From positions 6,318-37,882 of the forward strand of contig JBBDYA010000133.1 in NCBI GenBank assembly GCA_040902005.1: a stretch of 31,565 nt of DNA, in the 5' to 3' direction. The DNA comes from Gemmatimonadaceae bacterium. Lineage in GTDB: Bacteria; Gemmatimonadota; Gemmatimonadetes; Gemmatimonadales; Gemmatimonadaceae. This document shows positions 13,196 through 22,218 of the stretch, one piece after another. Made by a program: the position numbers and the translations under genes. Each line of letters begins with the position of its first letter. The first letter of the stretch is position 1. The notes under the pieces are model-generated. The model saw nothing but the letters and a program-made list of their open reading frames with translations. It made no database searches and was not told the DNA's origin.

Positions 13196-14472
13196 GGTCC
13201 GGACGTTCACGCCTCATCGTCGCCGTGGCCGTCGTCGGCGCGGCGCTGCTGCTCCCGCCCCGGGCCGCCGCGCAGCACCTCGTGATTCCCATGGACGACG
13301 ACCAGCGCAACCACCTCAAGGCGTACGGCCTCACGTACCATGCGATCAAGGCGGGGATGAAGGCCGAGTGGCTGCTGAACTATCGCGGAGGATCCTTCCT
13401 GCTGCCCGACACGCCCGAACTTCGGCGGCGCGCCGGGCTCGACGGGATCTCTCTTCAGGCGCTGGACCAGGGCGGGCTGGCGACCATTCGCGGCGAGATC
13501 GCAGGCGGCAACATGGACGCGATCCCACTGGAGAAGGCGCCGCGCGTGGCCGTGTACACGCCGCCGGACGCCCTGCCATGGGACGACGCCGTGACGCTGG
13601 CGCTGAAGTATGCCGGTATCGAGTACACGCCCATCTATGATGTGGAGGTGCAGCGGGGCGACCTCGCGAACTTCGACTGGCTGCACCTGCATCACGAGGA
13701 CTTCACGGGCCAGATGAACAAGTTCCACCTTGGCTATCGCGATGCGCCCTGGTTCGTGGATCTCGTGCAGAAGAACACCACCACGGCCCGCGTGCTCGGG
13801 TTCTCGAACATTCCGGAACTGAAGAAGAGCGTCGCGGAGCAGATCCGCCAGTTCGTGGAGCGTGGCGGGTTCCTGTTTGCGATGTGCGGCGCCACCGAAA
13901 CGCTCGAGCTGGCGATGGCGGGCGCCGCCGTGGACCTCGCCGGGCCCTTCGCGGACGGCACGCCGATGGACCAGAACGCCGACGCCAGGATGGAATGGAA
14001 GCGCTCCTTCGCGTTCCAGGCCGCCCGCATCGAGCAGTCGCCGTTCGTGAACTCCATGAGCAGCATCGACGGGCACCAGGTGAACGTGCCGGGGCGACGC
14101 CAGCCGCTGGGTGCGTTCACCCTGTTCAACTTCTCGGCGAAGTTCGATCCGGTCGCGGCGATGCTGGTGCAGGGTCACCGCACCGTCATCAGCGATTTCT
14201 ATGGCGTGACCACCAGCTTCAACCGGTCCGCGCTCAAGCCGAACGTCACCGTGCTCGCCTTCGAGGAAGGCGCGCCGTGGGTGAAGTACGTGCACGGCGA
14301 CTATGGCAAAGGCACGTGGACCTACTACGGCGGACACGATCCCGAGGATCCGCAGCACGCGATCGGCAGCCCACCCACGGACCTGTCGCTGCACCGGAGC
14401 AGCCCGGGGTACCGGTTGATCCTGAACAACGTGCTTTTTCCCGCGGCAAAGAAGAAACCGCTCAAGACCTAG
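13192..14472 (+). CDS. Secreted class I glutamine amidotransferase-like fold protein (family often labelled 'asparagine synthetase B')
   Basis: Own ATG and signal peptide (MRSGRSRLIVAVAVVGAALLLPPRAAA-Q); NHLKAYG, WLLNYRGGSF, PWDDAVT, WLHLHHEDFTGQ, GGFLFAMC, GHDPED, SPGYRLILNNVLFPAA. Confidence 0.75.
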   Translation: MRSGRSRLIVAVAVVGAALLLPPRAAAQHLVIPMDDDQRNHLKAYGLTYHAIKAGMKAEWLLNYRGGSFLLPDTPELRRRAGLDGISLQALDQGGLATIRGEIAGGNMDAIPLEKAPRVAVYTPPDALPWDDAVTLALKYAGIEYTPIYDVEVQRGDLANFDWLHLHHEDFTGQMNKFHLGYRDAPWFVDLVQKNTTTARVLGFSNIPELKKSVAEQIRQFVERGGFLFAMCGATETLELAMAGAAVDLAGPFADGTPMDQNADARMEWKRSFAFQAARIEQSPFVNSMSSIDGHQVNVPGRRQPLGAFTLFNFSAKFDPVAAMLVQGHRTVISDFYGVTTSFNRSALKPNVTVLAFEEGAPWVKYVHGDYGKGTWTYYGGHDPEDPQHAIGSPPTDLSLHRSSPGYRLILNNVLFPAAKKKPLKT

Positions 14473-14498
14473 TCGCGACGCGCGAGTATCTTGCTGTC

Positions 14499-17042
14499 GT
14501 GCCCGCGACCCTGCCCACGGCCACCTCCCGCCTGAATCCCAAAGCCGCCGCGGCGATGCGCGCGGCCATCCGGCTGGCCGGCGGACGTGAAGTGTGTTTC
14601 GCCTGCGCGCTCGACGACGACCGGACGATCGTGACCGCGCGCGTCGTGGCCCGCGGAGCTGCCGCCGCCGTGCTCGCGCTTCCGGGGTTCGCCGCCCGCG
14701 GCGAGATGCTGGTGCACAACCACCCGTCCGGACTGCTGGAGCCGTCCGACGCGGACATGCAGGTGGCGGCGCGCGTCTACGACGACGGGATCGGTTTCGG
14801 CATCATCAATAACGACGCGGACGCACTGTATGTCGTGGTCGAAGTGCCGAGCGACACGCCGGAGCAGCCCATCGCGCGCGAGGAGATGGACCGCGACCTG
14901 GGGGAGGACGGCGCGATTGCCCGCGCGCACCCGCGCTACGAGGATCGTCCCAGCCAGCGGGCGATGGCGTCGCGCATCGCCACGCTGTACAACACCGGCG
15001 GCATCGGCCTGCTCGAGGCGGGCACCGGTGTCGGCAAGTCGCTGGGGTACCTCGTTCCCGCGCTGCGCTGGGCAGCGCGCAACAAGGAACGCACGATCGT
15101 GTCCACCAACACGATCAACCTCCAGGAACAACTGGTGGGGAAGGACCTGCCCTTCCTGGAGAAGGCGCTCGACGACCAGCCGGTGCGATTCGCGCTGCTG
15201 AAAGGCTGGCGGAACTATCTGTGCCTGTTGCGCCTGGAGCAGGCGGAGTCGGCGGAGGCCACGCTGTTCGACGACGGCATGCGCGACGACGTCTCCGCGA
15301 TCGCCGGCTGGGCATCGCGCACGAAAGACGGGTCGCTGGCCGACCTGCCGTCGCCGCCGCGCTCCGAGGTCTGGGACGAAGTGGCCGCGGAGCCGGACCT
15401 GTGCCAGCGCTTTTCCTGCAAGCACTTCGAGAAGTGCTTCGTGTTCCAGGCGCGGCGGACGGCGGCGGAAGCCGACGTCATCGTGGTGAACCATCACCTG
15501 CTGCTCTCGGACATCGCGGTGCGACGCGCGACGAACAACTGGGCCGATGCGTCCGTCCTGCCGGCGTACTCGCGCCTCGTGGTGGACGAGGGCCATCACC
15601 TGGAGGACGCTGCGGCGAGCCACCTGGGCGTGAGCGTCACACGCCGCGGGCTCCAGCGCCTGTTCGGCCGGCTGGAGCGGCGCGGACGCGGCTTGCTTCC
15701 CGCGTTGGTCACGCGGCTCAACAGCACGCGCGATCTCATGAGCGTCGCCAGCGTGGACCTGGTCGAAGAGCGCCTGGGGCCGGCGGTGCGCGGCGCGCGT
15801 GAGCGGTCCACCATGCTGTTCGATCTCCTCGACACGCTGCTGGAGGAATCCGGCACGCCGGTGTTGCGCCTCACGGACGGGTTCGCCGCGCATCGCGCCT
15901 GGGACTCGGGGCTGCGGGTGGCACTCCAGGATACGTTCGGCGAACTGGCGATCCTCAGGGACGGATTGCAGATCGTTGGCGAGCGGCTGGAGAGCAACGC
16001 GAATCTGAACGATGCGGGCGCGTCGCTCTTCGCCGAAATTCGCGCCGTGACGCGACGGCTGGAGTCAGCCGGCGAGGCACTGCGCGAGACGCTCCAGCCA
16101 GCGCCCGGCGCGAAAACCGTGCGCTGGCTCGAGGCCAGGGCCGCGGGAGGGGGGGGGAGGGGGGAGGGAGGGCGCGAGCGATCGGTGACGGCCACGAGCG
16201 TGCCGCTCGATCTCGCGCCCATTCTGCGCGAGGATCTCTTTCGCCGTGTGAAGACGACGATCGTCACGAGCGCGACGCTTGCCACCGACGGCAGCTTTGC
16301 GTTCCTCCGGCAGCGCCTCGGGTTGACCGAGGACGACGTCGAGCCGGCCACTGCGGTGTTCGCGTCGCCCTTTCACTATGACATCCAGTCGCTGCTGGCG
16401 ATTCCGTCGGACATTCCGGTGCCGAACGCCGATCCGCGCGGCCACGCCGCGGCGGTGATCGAGATTCTGCTGGACGTTGCCGAGGCGTCGGACGGCGGGC
16501 TGTTCGGCCTGTTCACGAGCCACAAGGATGTTCGCCTGATGGCCGCGGAGCTGCGCCTGCGCGGCTTCGACAAGCGGTGGCCGCTGCTGGTGCACGGCGA
16601 ACATTCGCGGGACCACCTGCTGGAACGCTTTCGCGCGTCGCGGCAGAGCGTGCTGCTCGGCACCGCGTCGTTCTGGGAGGGGGTGGACGTGCCGGGCGAC
16701 GCACTCCGCGGGCTGATCATCGCGAAGTTGCCGTTCAAGGTGCCGACCGAGCCGCTCACCGCCGCCCACTGCGAGGCGATCGAGCGCGCGGGCGGCGACG
16801 CGTTCGCGGACTACATGTTGCCGCACGCCGCGCTGCGTCTCAAACAGGGGTTCGGACGACTCATTCGCACCAGCACCGACAGCGGGGTGGTGGTCGTGGC
16901 CGATCCGCGCGTGGTGCGGATGGGGTACGGCGCGCACCTGCTGCGCGGGCTGCCGCCCGCGCGCCGGATCGTGGGAAGCTGGGCTGACCTTCGCGACGAC
17001 GTCCGCAAGTTCTACCGGCTGAACGCATCGAAGCAGAGCTGA
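14499..17042 (+). CDS. dinG: DinG/YoaA-family Fe-S helicase with N-terminal JAB (RadC-like) domain
   Basis: JAB motif REV...HNHPSG-EPSDAD; Q motif RPSQ; Walker A EAGTGVGKS; Cys cluster YLC..CQRFSC..C; DEGH; TSAT; WEGVDVPG; QGFGRLIR. GTG start inferred. Confidence 0.9.
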   Translation: MPATLPTATSRLNPKAAAAMRAAIRLAGGREVCFACALDDDRTIVTARVVARGAAAAVLALPGFAARGEMLVHNHPSGLLEPSDADMQVAARVYDDGIGFGIINNDADALYVVVEVPSDTPEQPIAREEMDRDLGEDGAIARAHPRYEDRPSQRAMASRIATLYNTGGIGLLEAGTGVGKSLGYLVPALRWAARNKERTIVSTNTINLQEQLVGKDLPFLEKALDDQPVRFALLKGWRNYLCLLRLEQAESAEATLFDDGMRDDVSAIAGWASRTKDGSLADLPSPPRSEVWDEVAAEPDLCQRFSCKHFEKCFVFQARRTAAEADVIVVNHHLLLSDIAVRRATNNWADASVLPAYSRLVVDEGHHLEDAAASHLGVSVTRRGLQRLFGRLERRGRGLLPALVTRLNSTRDLMSVASVDLVEERLGPAVRGARERSTMLFDLLDTLLEESGTPVLRLTDGFAAHRAWDSGLRVALQDTFGELAILRDGLQIVGERLESNANLNDAGASLFAEIRAVTRRLESAGEALRETLQPAPGAKTVRWLEARAAGGGGRGEGGRERSVTATSVPLDLAPILREDLFRRVKTTIVTSATLATDGSFAFLRQRLGLTEDDVEPATAVFASPFHYDIQSLLAIPSDIPVPNADPRGHAAAVIEILLDVAEASDGGLFGLFTSHKDVRLMAAELRLRGFDKRWPLLVHGEHSRDHLLERFRASRQSVLLGTASFWEGVDVPGDALRGLIIAKLPFKVPTEPLTAAHCEAIERAGGDAFADYMLPHAALRLKQGFGRLIRTSTDSGVVVVADPRVVRMGYGAHLLRGLPPARRIVGSWADLRDDVRKFYRLNASKQS

Positions 17043-17090
17043 TCCGCGAAATCCGCGAAATCCGCGTAAATCCGCGTAAATCCGCGAAAT
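17042..17090. repeat. Intergenic tandem repeat, 5 x ATCCGCG(T)AA
   Basis: Units start at 17042, 17051, 17060, 17070 and 17080 (9,9,10,10,9 nt). Confidence 0.9.
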
Positions 17091-17103
17091 TAGATTCACT
17101 GGA

Positions 17104-17712
17104 ATGCGACTCACGAAAATCGTCTGCGTGGGCAGGAACTACGTCGAGCACGCCAGGGAGCTCGGCAATGAAGTGCCCAGGGAGCCGCTGATCTTCCTCA
17201 AGCCGCCGTCGAGCCTGATCGGCGACGGGCAACCAATCCGCCTTCCAGCCGTGTCGAAGCACGTGGAGTACGAGGGGGAGATCGGCGTCGTCATCGGCAC
17301 GCGTCTGGCGCAGGCGGGAGAGCGCGAAGCGCGCGCGGCCATCCTGGCGATCGCGGCCGTGAACGATGTCACCGCACGCGATCTGCAGAAGTCCGACTCG
17401 CAATGGACGCGTGCGAAGGGCTTCGATACGTTCTGTCCGGTAGGACCGCCGGGTGAGGTACCCAACGATCTCGCGGCACTGCAAGTACTTACAAGAGTCA
17501 ACGGGGTCGAGCGCCAGCGGGGTAGTGCCTCGCAGATGGCGTTTTCGATTCCCATGCTGTTGTCGTACATCTCGAATGTCATGACGTTGGAGCCCGGTGA
17601 CCTCGTGTGCACCGGCACGCCAGCGGGAGTCGGGACCCTCCAGCCCGGCGACGTGGTAGAAGTGGAGGTACCCGGCGTGAGCCTGGTGCGAAATCCCGTC
17701 GTGGGACCATAG
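17104..17712 (+). CDS. Fumarylacetoacetate hydrolase family protein
   Basis: KIVCVGRNY..H, IFLKP, EYEGE, NDVTARDLQ, WTRAKGFDTFCP, TGTPAGVG. Confidence 0.93.
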   Translation: MRLTKIVCVGRNYVEHARELGNEVPREPLIFLKPPSSLIGDGQPIRLPAVSKHVEYEGEIGVVIGTRLAQAGEREARAAILAIAAVNDVTARDLQKSDSQWTRAKGFDTFCPVGPPGEVPNDLAALQVLTRVNGVERQRGSASQMAFSIPMLLSYISNVMTLEPGDLVCTGTPAGVGTLQPGDVVEVEVPGVSLVRNPVVGP

Positions 17713-17720
17713 AGGCCGAC

Positions 17721-18932
17721 TTGCCCCAACTCGCCAAACGATTCGAGACGCTTCCGGAGTACGTGCTTGCGCGTATCCCACAGCGGAAGCGCGAGCTGCT
17801 CGGGCGCGGCGTGGATGTCATCGATCTCGGCGCGGGGGACGCCGATCTCATGCCGCCGGAAGCGGCGCTCCGACGCCTGACCGAGGTGGCGTACATCCCA
17901 TCCATGAACCGCTATGGCTTCGGCATGGGCCTCGTGGCGTATCGCGAAGCGGTGTCCGCGTGGATGGAGAAGCGATTCGGCCTGCGCTTCGATCCGTTGA
18001 AGGAGATCGTTCCGTTGATCGGGTCCAAGGAAGGCATCTCGCACCTCGCGCTCGCCTACATGGAGCCGGGGCGCGTGGCGATCGTCCCCGAACCGGGCTA
18101 CAACTCGTATATCGGCGGCTCGCTGCTGTCCGGTGGGGAGGTTCACAAGTACGCACTCCGGCCGCGCACCGACTTCCTGGTAGACCTGGACGAGATTCCC
18201 GCGGACGTGCTGAAGCGCACCAAGGTCCTGTACCTGAACTACCCGAACAATCCGACGGCCGCGGTCGCGCCGCGGGACTATCTCGAGCGCGTCGTGCAAC
18301 GCTGTCGTGAACTGGACATCCTCCTCGTGTACGACAACGCCTACTCGGAATTGGCGTTCGATGGGTACGTGCCGCCGAGCATCTTCGAGATCGACGGCGC
18401 GCGGGACGTGGCCATCGAATTCCACTCGATGTCCAAGACGTACAACATGACGGGGTGGCGCTGCGGCTGGGCGGTGGCGCGTCCGGAGATCGCGGGGGCG
18501 CTGGCGAAGGTGAAGAGCTTCGTGGACACGGGGCAGTTCATGGCGGTCCAGGCGGCCGCGGTCGCGGCGCTGGAAAGCTGGGCCACGTTCCTCCCCCGCA
18601 ACCGCGAGATCTTTCGCGAGCGGCGCGACGCGGCGGTGTCCGCCTTCCGCGCCGCGGGATTCGAGTGCGAGACGCCGAAGGCCACGATGTACCTTTGGGT
18701 CCCGCTCCCCGGCCACATCCCGAGCGCGCACTTCGCCGAGCGTCTCATGGAGGACGAGGGCGTGATCGTGCTGCCCGGGTCCGGGTTCGGCGCGGGCGGG
18801 GAAGGATTCTTTCGCATCTCGTTCATCGCGTCGCCGACGCGCATCGCGCAGGCGGCGGAGCGCGCCGGACGCGTGCTGAAGCAGCTGGCCGCGGCCGAAC
18901 CCGGCGCGCGCGCCACCGCGGGCGTGTCGTGA
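17721..18932 (+). CDS. PLP-dependent aminotransferase class I/II (LL-DAP aminotransferase-like)
   Basis: LIGSKEGI, LNYPNNPT, YDNAYSE, FHSMSKTYNMTGWRCG (PLP Lys), PGSGFG..GEGFFR; TTG start after GAGG. Confidence 0.9.
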   Translation: MPQLAKRFETLPEYVLARIPQRKRELLGRGVDVIDLGAGDADLMPPEAALRRLTEVAYIPSMNRYGFGMGLVAYREAVSAWMEKRFGLRFDPLKEIVPLIGSKEGISHLALAYMEPGRVAIVPEPGYNSYIGGSLLSGGEVHKYALRPRTDFLVDLDEIPADVLKRTKVLYLNYPNNPTAAVAPRDYLERVVQRCRELDILLVYDNAYSELAFDGYVPPSIFEIDGARDVAIEFHSMSKTYNMTGWRCGWAVARPEIAGALAKVKSFVDTGQFMAVQAAAVAALESWATFLPRNREIFRERRDAAVSAFRAAGFECETPKATMYLWVPLPGHIPSAHFAERLMEDEGVIVLPGSGFGAGGEGFFRISFIASPTRIAQAAERAGRVLKQLAAAEPGARATAGVS

Positions 18933-19738
18933 AGAAAGCCGAGCGCCCTGCGCGCTGGTGGATTCTCTCGCTCGTCGTGCACGGCGCGCTCGTCGTGGCG
19001 CTCGCCAACGTGGTGTTCCGGTATCCGCTGGGACAGATCATGGATGCGCCAGCCAGGGTGCGGCCGGAGCGGATTCAATACCTCGTCCTGCCCGCGGCGC
19101 CGATCGAAGGGTCCGGGAGCGCCGTCGCGCCCACGTCGGGGGGTACGCCCGCGCCGCTGGAGGCGCCGAGGGACGTGCCGGTGCGTGTTCCGCCGCCCGA
19201 CACGGGCGCGTCGCAATCGGCCGGCGGCACCGGGTCCGGGCGGGATGCAGATGGGGTGGGACTGGCCACCGGCGTCGAGCCGCGACGGCCGGATCCGCGC
19301 ATCGCGCTGCTCACGGGGCCGATCGCACACGTGCCTCGGAGCCTGTCGGAGGACGTGGACAGCATCGTGAGTTTCGCGATCGGGATCTACAACGATTCGA
19401 TGCAGATCGCCGCGAGACAGCGGCAGCCGGGCGACTGGAGCGTGAAGGGCAAGGATGGCAACGTGTGGGGCTGGGACCAGACGGGCATTCGGCTCGGCAA
19501 GTTCTCGATCCCCAATGCGCTGCTGGCCCTGCTGCCCCTGAACATGTCCTCGTCGACCTCTCCGATCGAGGCGCGGACGGCTGCCTTCATCCGTCGCGAC
19601 ATCATGGAGAACGCGCGGCGCGCCGTCTCGGAGGACGAGTTTCGCGCGGCCGTGAAGCGCATTCGCGAGCGAAAGGACAGCGAGCGTCGCGCGCGCCAGC
19701 TCGCCGAAACGAATCGCGAGCCGCCGTCAGACCAGTAA
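18929..19738 (+). CDS. Hypothetical membrane-anchored protein with TonB-like N-terminal anchor
   Basis: GTGA overlap with the aminotransferase stop; SLVVHG anchor helix, Pro/Gly-rich linker, WGWDQTGIRLGKFSIP segment and charged helical tail. Confidence 0.7.
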   Translation: MKKAERPARWWILSLVVHGALVVALANVVFRYPLGQIMDAPARVRPERIQYLVLPAAPIEGSGSAVAPTSGGTPAPLEAPRDVPVRVPPPDTGASQSAGGTGSGRDADGVGLATGVEPRRPDPRIALLTGPIAHVPRSLSEDVDSIVSFAIGIYNDSMQIAARQRQPGDWSVKGKDGNVWGWDQTGIRLGKFSIPNALLALLPLNMSSSTSPIEARTAAFIRRDIMENARRAVSEDEFRAAVKRIRERKDSERRARQLAETNREPPSDQ

Positions 19739-19742
19739 CGCC

Positions 19743-19775
19743 TGACGCGTGACCGGTGACTACTCCCGCGTCACG
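19743..19775. terminator. Possible hairpin between convergent genes
   Basis: TGACGCG (19743-49) is complementary to CGCGTCA (19767-73); no U-tract. Confidence 0.3.
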
Positions 19776-19779
19776 GGTA

Positions 19780-20451
19780 TCAGTGGAGCTGCTGCGGGAC
19801 GGTCGCGTCCTCGCTCGTCTCGCGCGCGATCTCCTGCTCGAAGAACGGCCGGAAGATGCCGCACACCACGCCGAGCACGGCGAAGTCGTCATGCGGCCCC
19901 ACCTCGATCGAGCGCTCGCCCGCACTGGCCGGTGCCAGCACGGTGACGCCGCCGCGGCGCGTGAACGTCTTCACGGTCGCCTCGAGGCCAATCCGCGCCG
20001 CAACGATGTCACCGTCCTTCGGAGCCAGGGACGGCGAGACCATCACGAAGTCGCCGTCCATGATGCCGCGACCGGTCATGCTGTCGCCCCGCACCTTGAG
20101 GAGAAATACATCCTCGCTGGGAAGGAACCGGCGATCCAGCGTCACGTACCCGGTGCGGTGTTCCGGGATGAGCGCGGGCTCGCCCGCGTGCACCTTTCCG
20201 TAGTACGGCACCGGCTGGGTAGCGCCCGCCGCGGCGAATCCCAGCAGCCGCACACCGCGCGACCGTGACTCGTCGCGCTCGATATACCCCTTGCTGGCCA
20301 GCGAGTGCAGCAGGTCGGACACGGTCTTCGTGGACTTGATGCGGAACTTCTTCGCGATCTCGCGAATACTCGGCTGGTACGTGTTCTCGGCGAGAAAGTC
20401 TATCATGTAGTGATAGACTCGACGCTCGATCGGAGTCAGCGGCTCGGTCAT
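19780..20451 (-). CDS. lexA: SOS repressor LexA
   Basis: LTPIE..YQPSIREIA wHTH, KGYIER...SRGV, Ala-Gly cleavage site (VHAGEP), catalytic Ser (GDSM) and Lys (ATVK). Confidence 0.95.
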   Translation of the reverse strand: MTEPLTPIERRVYHYMIDFLAENTYQPSIREIAKKFRIKSTKTVSDLLHSLASKGYIERDESRSRGVRLLGFAAAGATQPVPYYGKVHAGEPALIPEHRTGYVTLDRRFLPSEDVFLLKVRGDSMTGRGIMDGDFVMVSPSLAPKDGDIVAARIGLEATVKTFTRRGGVTVLAPASAGERSIEVGPHDDFAVLGVVCGIFRPFFEQEIARETSEDATVPQQLH

Positions 20452-20502
20452 GGCGCCCGTCAGCTGGACGTGGCGACCGTGCGCGGAATGGACCCCGGCC
20501 GG

Positions 20503-20562
20503 CAACTCACGTGTTTGCGCCAATATGGGCGCGGCTCGTGGGCGGGTCAACCAGACGTTTGC
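20503..20562 (-). promoter_or_regulatory. sigma70-type lexA promoter with two candidate operators
   Basis: TTGACC (20545-50), 17-nt spacer, CATATT (20522-27); flanked by GCAAAC-N5-GTTG and GCAAAC-N6-GTTG. Confidence 0.6.
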
Positions 20563-20588
20563 TTCAGCGCGCCCCGGGGCGCCGGCCG

Positions 20589-22034
20589 TCAGGCGCTCAG
20601 GTACCTGATGGCGGCGTCCACGCGCGCCATCGAGCGCTCGCGCCCGAGCATCTGGAGCACGTCGAAGATGCCTGGGCTGACCGTGAGCCCGGTGAGCGCA
20701 ACTCGCAGCGGCTGAAACACCTTGCCCCCCCCCCCCGTGGTGCCCAGCGATTCGGCCAGCGTCCGCAGCGACTTTTCGAGCGCGGCCGGCGACCAGTCCG
20801 TCGTCCCGGCGAGCTGGTCGCGCGTGGCACTGAGCAGCGACTTCGTGGCGTCGCGATCCTTCCACTGCTTTGCGACGGCCTCCGGGTCGTACTCGATGTC
20901 GTCCCGCAGGAAGGGAAGTGCCTGGCGCACGATGTCATCCACGGTGCGCGCGCGGATCTTGAGCAGTTCCAGCAAGGTGAGAAACCAGTCACGTCGCGCG
21001 TCCACATCGCGTTGCGTCGCGAGCCCGGCGCGCTCGAGTCCACGGGCCACGACCGGCAGCAGGTCCTCGGCCGCGGTGCGGCTCAGATGCTGGCCGTTCA
21101 TCCACTCCAGCTTCTGCGGGTCGAAGACGGCGGCCTTCTTCGACAGATGGTCGGTGGAAAAGAGCCGCACCATGTCGTCCATCGACATGACTTCGATGTC
21201 GTTCCCGGGCGACCATCCGAGGAGCGCGAGGAAGTTCAGCATCGCGCCGGGCAGGATTCCCATGTGCTGGTAGTCGCCGACTGCGGTGGCGCCGTGACGC
21301 TTGCTCAGCTTCTTGCCGTCCGTGCCATGGATCATCGGCAGGTGCGCGAACTTCGGGATGGCGGCGCCAAGCGCCTCGTACAGCATGATCTGCTTGGGCG
21401 TGTTGGAGATGTGATCGTCGCCGCGCATCACGAGCGTGACGGACATGGCGATGTCGTCCGACACAACGGCCATGTTGTAGATCGGCGTTCCGTCGGTCCG
21501 AAGGACCACGAAATCGTCGATGTCCTTGTTCGGAAAGGTGATGTCGCCGTGCACCACGTCGTGCCAGGTGGTCGAGATGCCGTCGGGAACGCGGAACCGG
21601 ATGACGTGCGGCTCGCCCGCGGCCACGCGCCGCTCGATTTCGTCCGGTGCAAGCCGGTCACAGCGCCCGTCGTAGCGGAACGCTCGCTTGCCCGTTTCCG
21701 CTTCCTTGCGACGCTGGTCCAGCTCGGCGGCGGTGCAGAAGCACCGGTATGCCCTGCCGCGCTCGAGCAGCGCGCGCGCGTCCGCCTGGTGGCGCGCGAG
21801 GTTGGCCCCCTGGTACACGACGTCGCCGTCCCAGCCCAGGCCCAGCCACTCGAGTCCGTCGAAGATCGCGCGCGTGCTCTCGTCCGTGCTCCGTGCCCGG
21901 TCGGTGTCCTCGATGCGCAGCAGGAAGTCGGCGCCGTAGTGCTTGGCGTAGAGCCAGTTGAACAGTGCCGTGCGGGCGCCGCCGACGTGAAGGAATCCGG
22001 TGGGCGAAGGGGCGAATCGAAGTCGGTCAGCCAT
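20589..22034 (-). CDS. gltX: Glutamate--tRNA ligase
   Basis: RFAPSPTG, HVGG (HIGH), LRIEDTD, CFC..YDGRC, RGDDH, KLSKR (KMSKS), anticodon domain PLRVALTG. Confidence 0.97.
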   Translation of the reverse strand: MADRLRFAPSPTGFLHVGGARTALFNWLYAKHYGADFLLRIEDTDRARSTDESTRAIFDGLEWLGLGWDGDVVYQGANLARHQADARALLERGRAYRCFCTAAELDQRRKEAETGKRAFRYDGRCDRLAPDEIERRVAAGEPHVIRFRVPDGISTTWHDVVHGDITFPNKDIDDFVVLRTDGTPIYNMAVVSDDIAMSVTLVMRGDDHISNTPKQIMLYEALGAAIPKFAHLPMIHGTDGKKLSKRHGATAVGDYQHMGILPGAMLNFLALLGWSPGNDIEVMSMDDMVRLFSTDHLSKKAAVFDPQKLEWMNGQHLSRTAAEDLLPVVARGLERAGLATQRDVDARRDWFLTLLELLKIRARTVDDIVRQALPFLRDDIEYDPEAVAKQWKDRDATKSLLSATRDQLAGTTDWSPAALEKSLRTLAESLGTTGGGGKVFQPLRVALTGLTVSPGIFDVLQMLGRERSMARVDAAIRYLSA

Positions 22035-22041
22035 GATGAAG

Positions 22042-22069
22042 AAAAAAAGACTCATCGCAGCGATGAGTC
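22042..22069 (-). terminator. Intrinsic terminator downstream of tRNA-Ser(GCT)
   Basis: Perfect inverted repeat GACTCATCGC-N-GCGATGAGTC followed on minus by T7. Confidence 0.75.
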
Positions 22070-22078
22070 CGTCGTGAA

Positions 22079-22169
22079 CGGAGCGAGAGGGATTCGAACC
22101 CTCGATACGGGTATAAGCCCGTATAACGGTTTAGCAAACCGTCGCCTTCAGCCTCTCGGCCATCGCTCC
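22079..22169 (-). tRNA. tRNA-Ser(GCT), CCA not encoded
   Basis: Acceptor GGAGCGA/TCGCTCC plus discriminator G; anticodon arm ACGGT-TT-GCT-AA-ACCGT; long variable arm; GTTCGAATC T-loop. Confidence 0.96.
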
Positions 22170-22218
22170 CGGAGCACGTAATCTAGCCGGACGGCGGCTG
22201 CTCGCTACCGCGAAGAGG

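Noticed and set aside
11389..14472. Genuine 1027-aa fusion protein
   Set aside because: Internal signal peptide and an artefact-like junction indicate two genes
14499..17042. Type IV CRISPR CasDinG or defence helicase
   Set aside because: No cas or defence neighbours; housekeeping context
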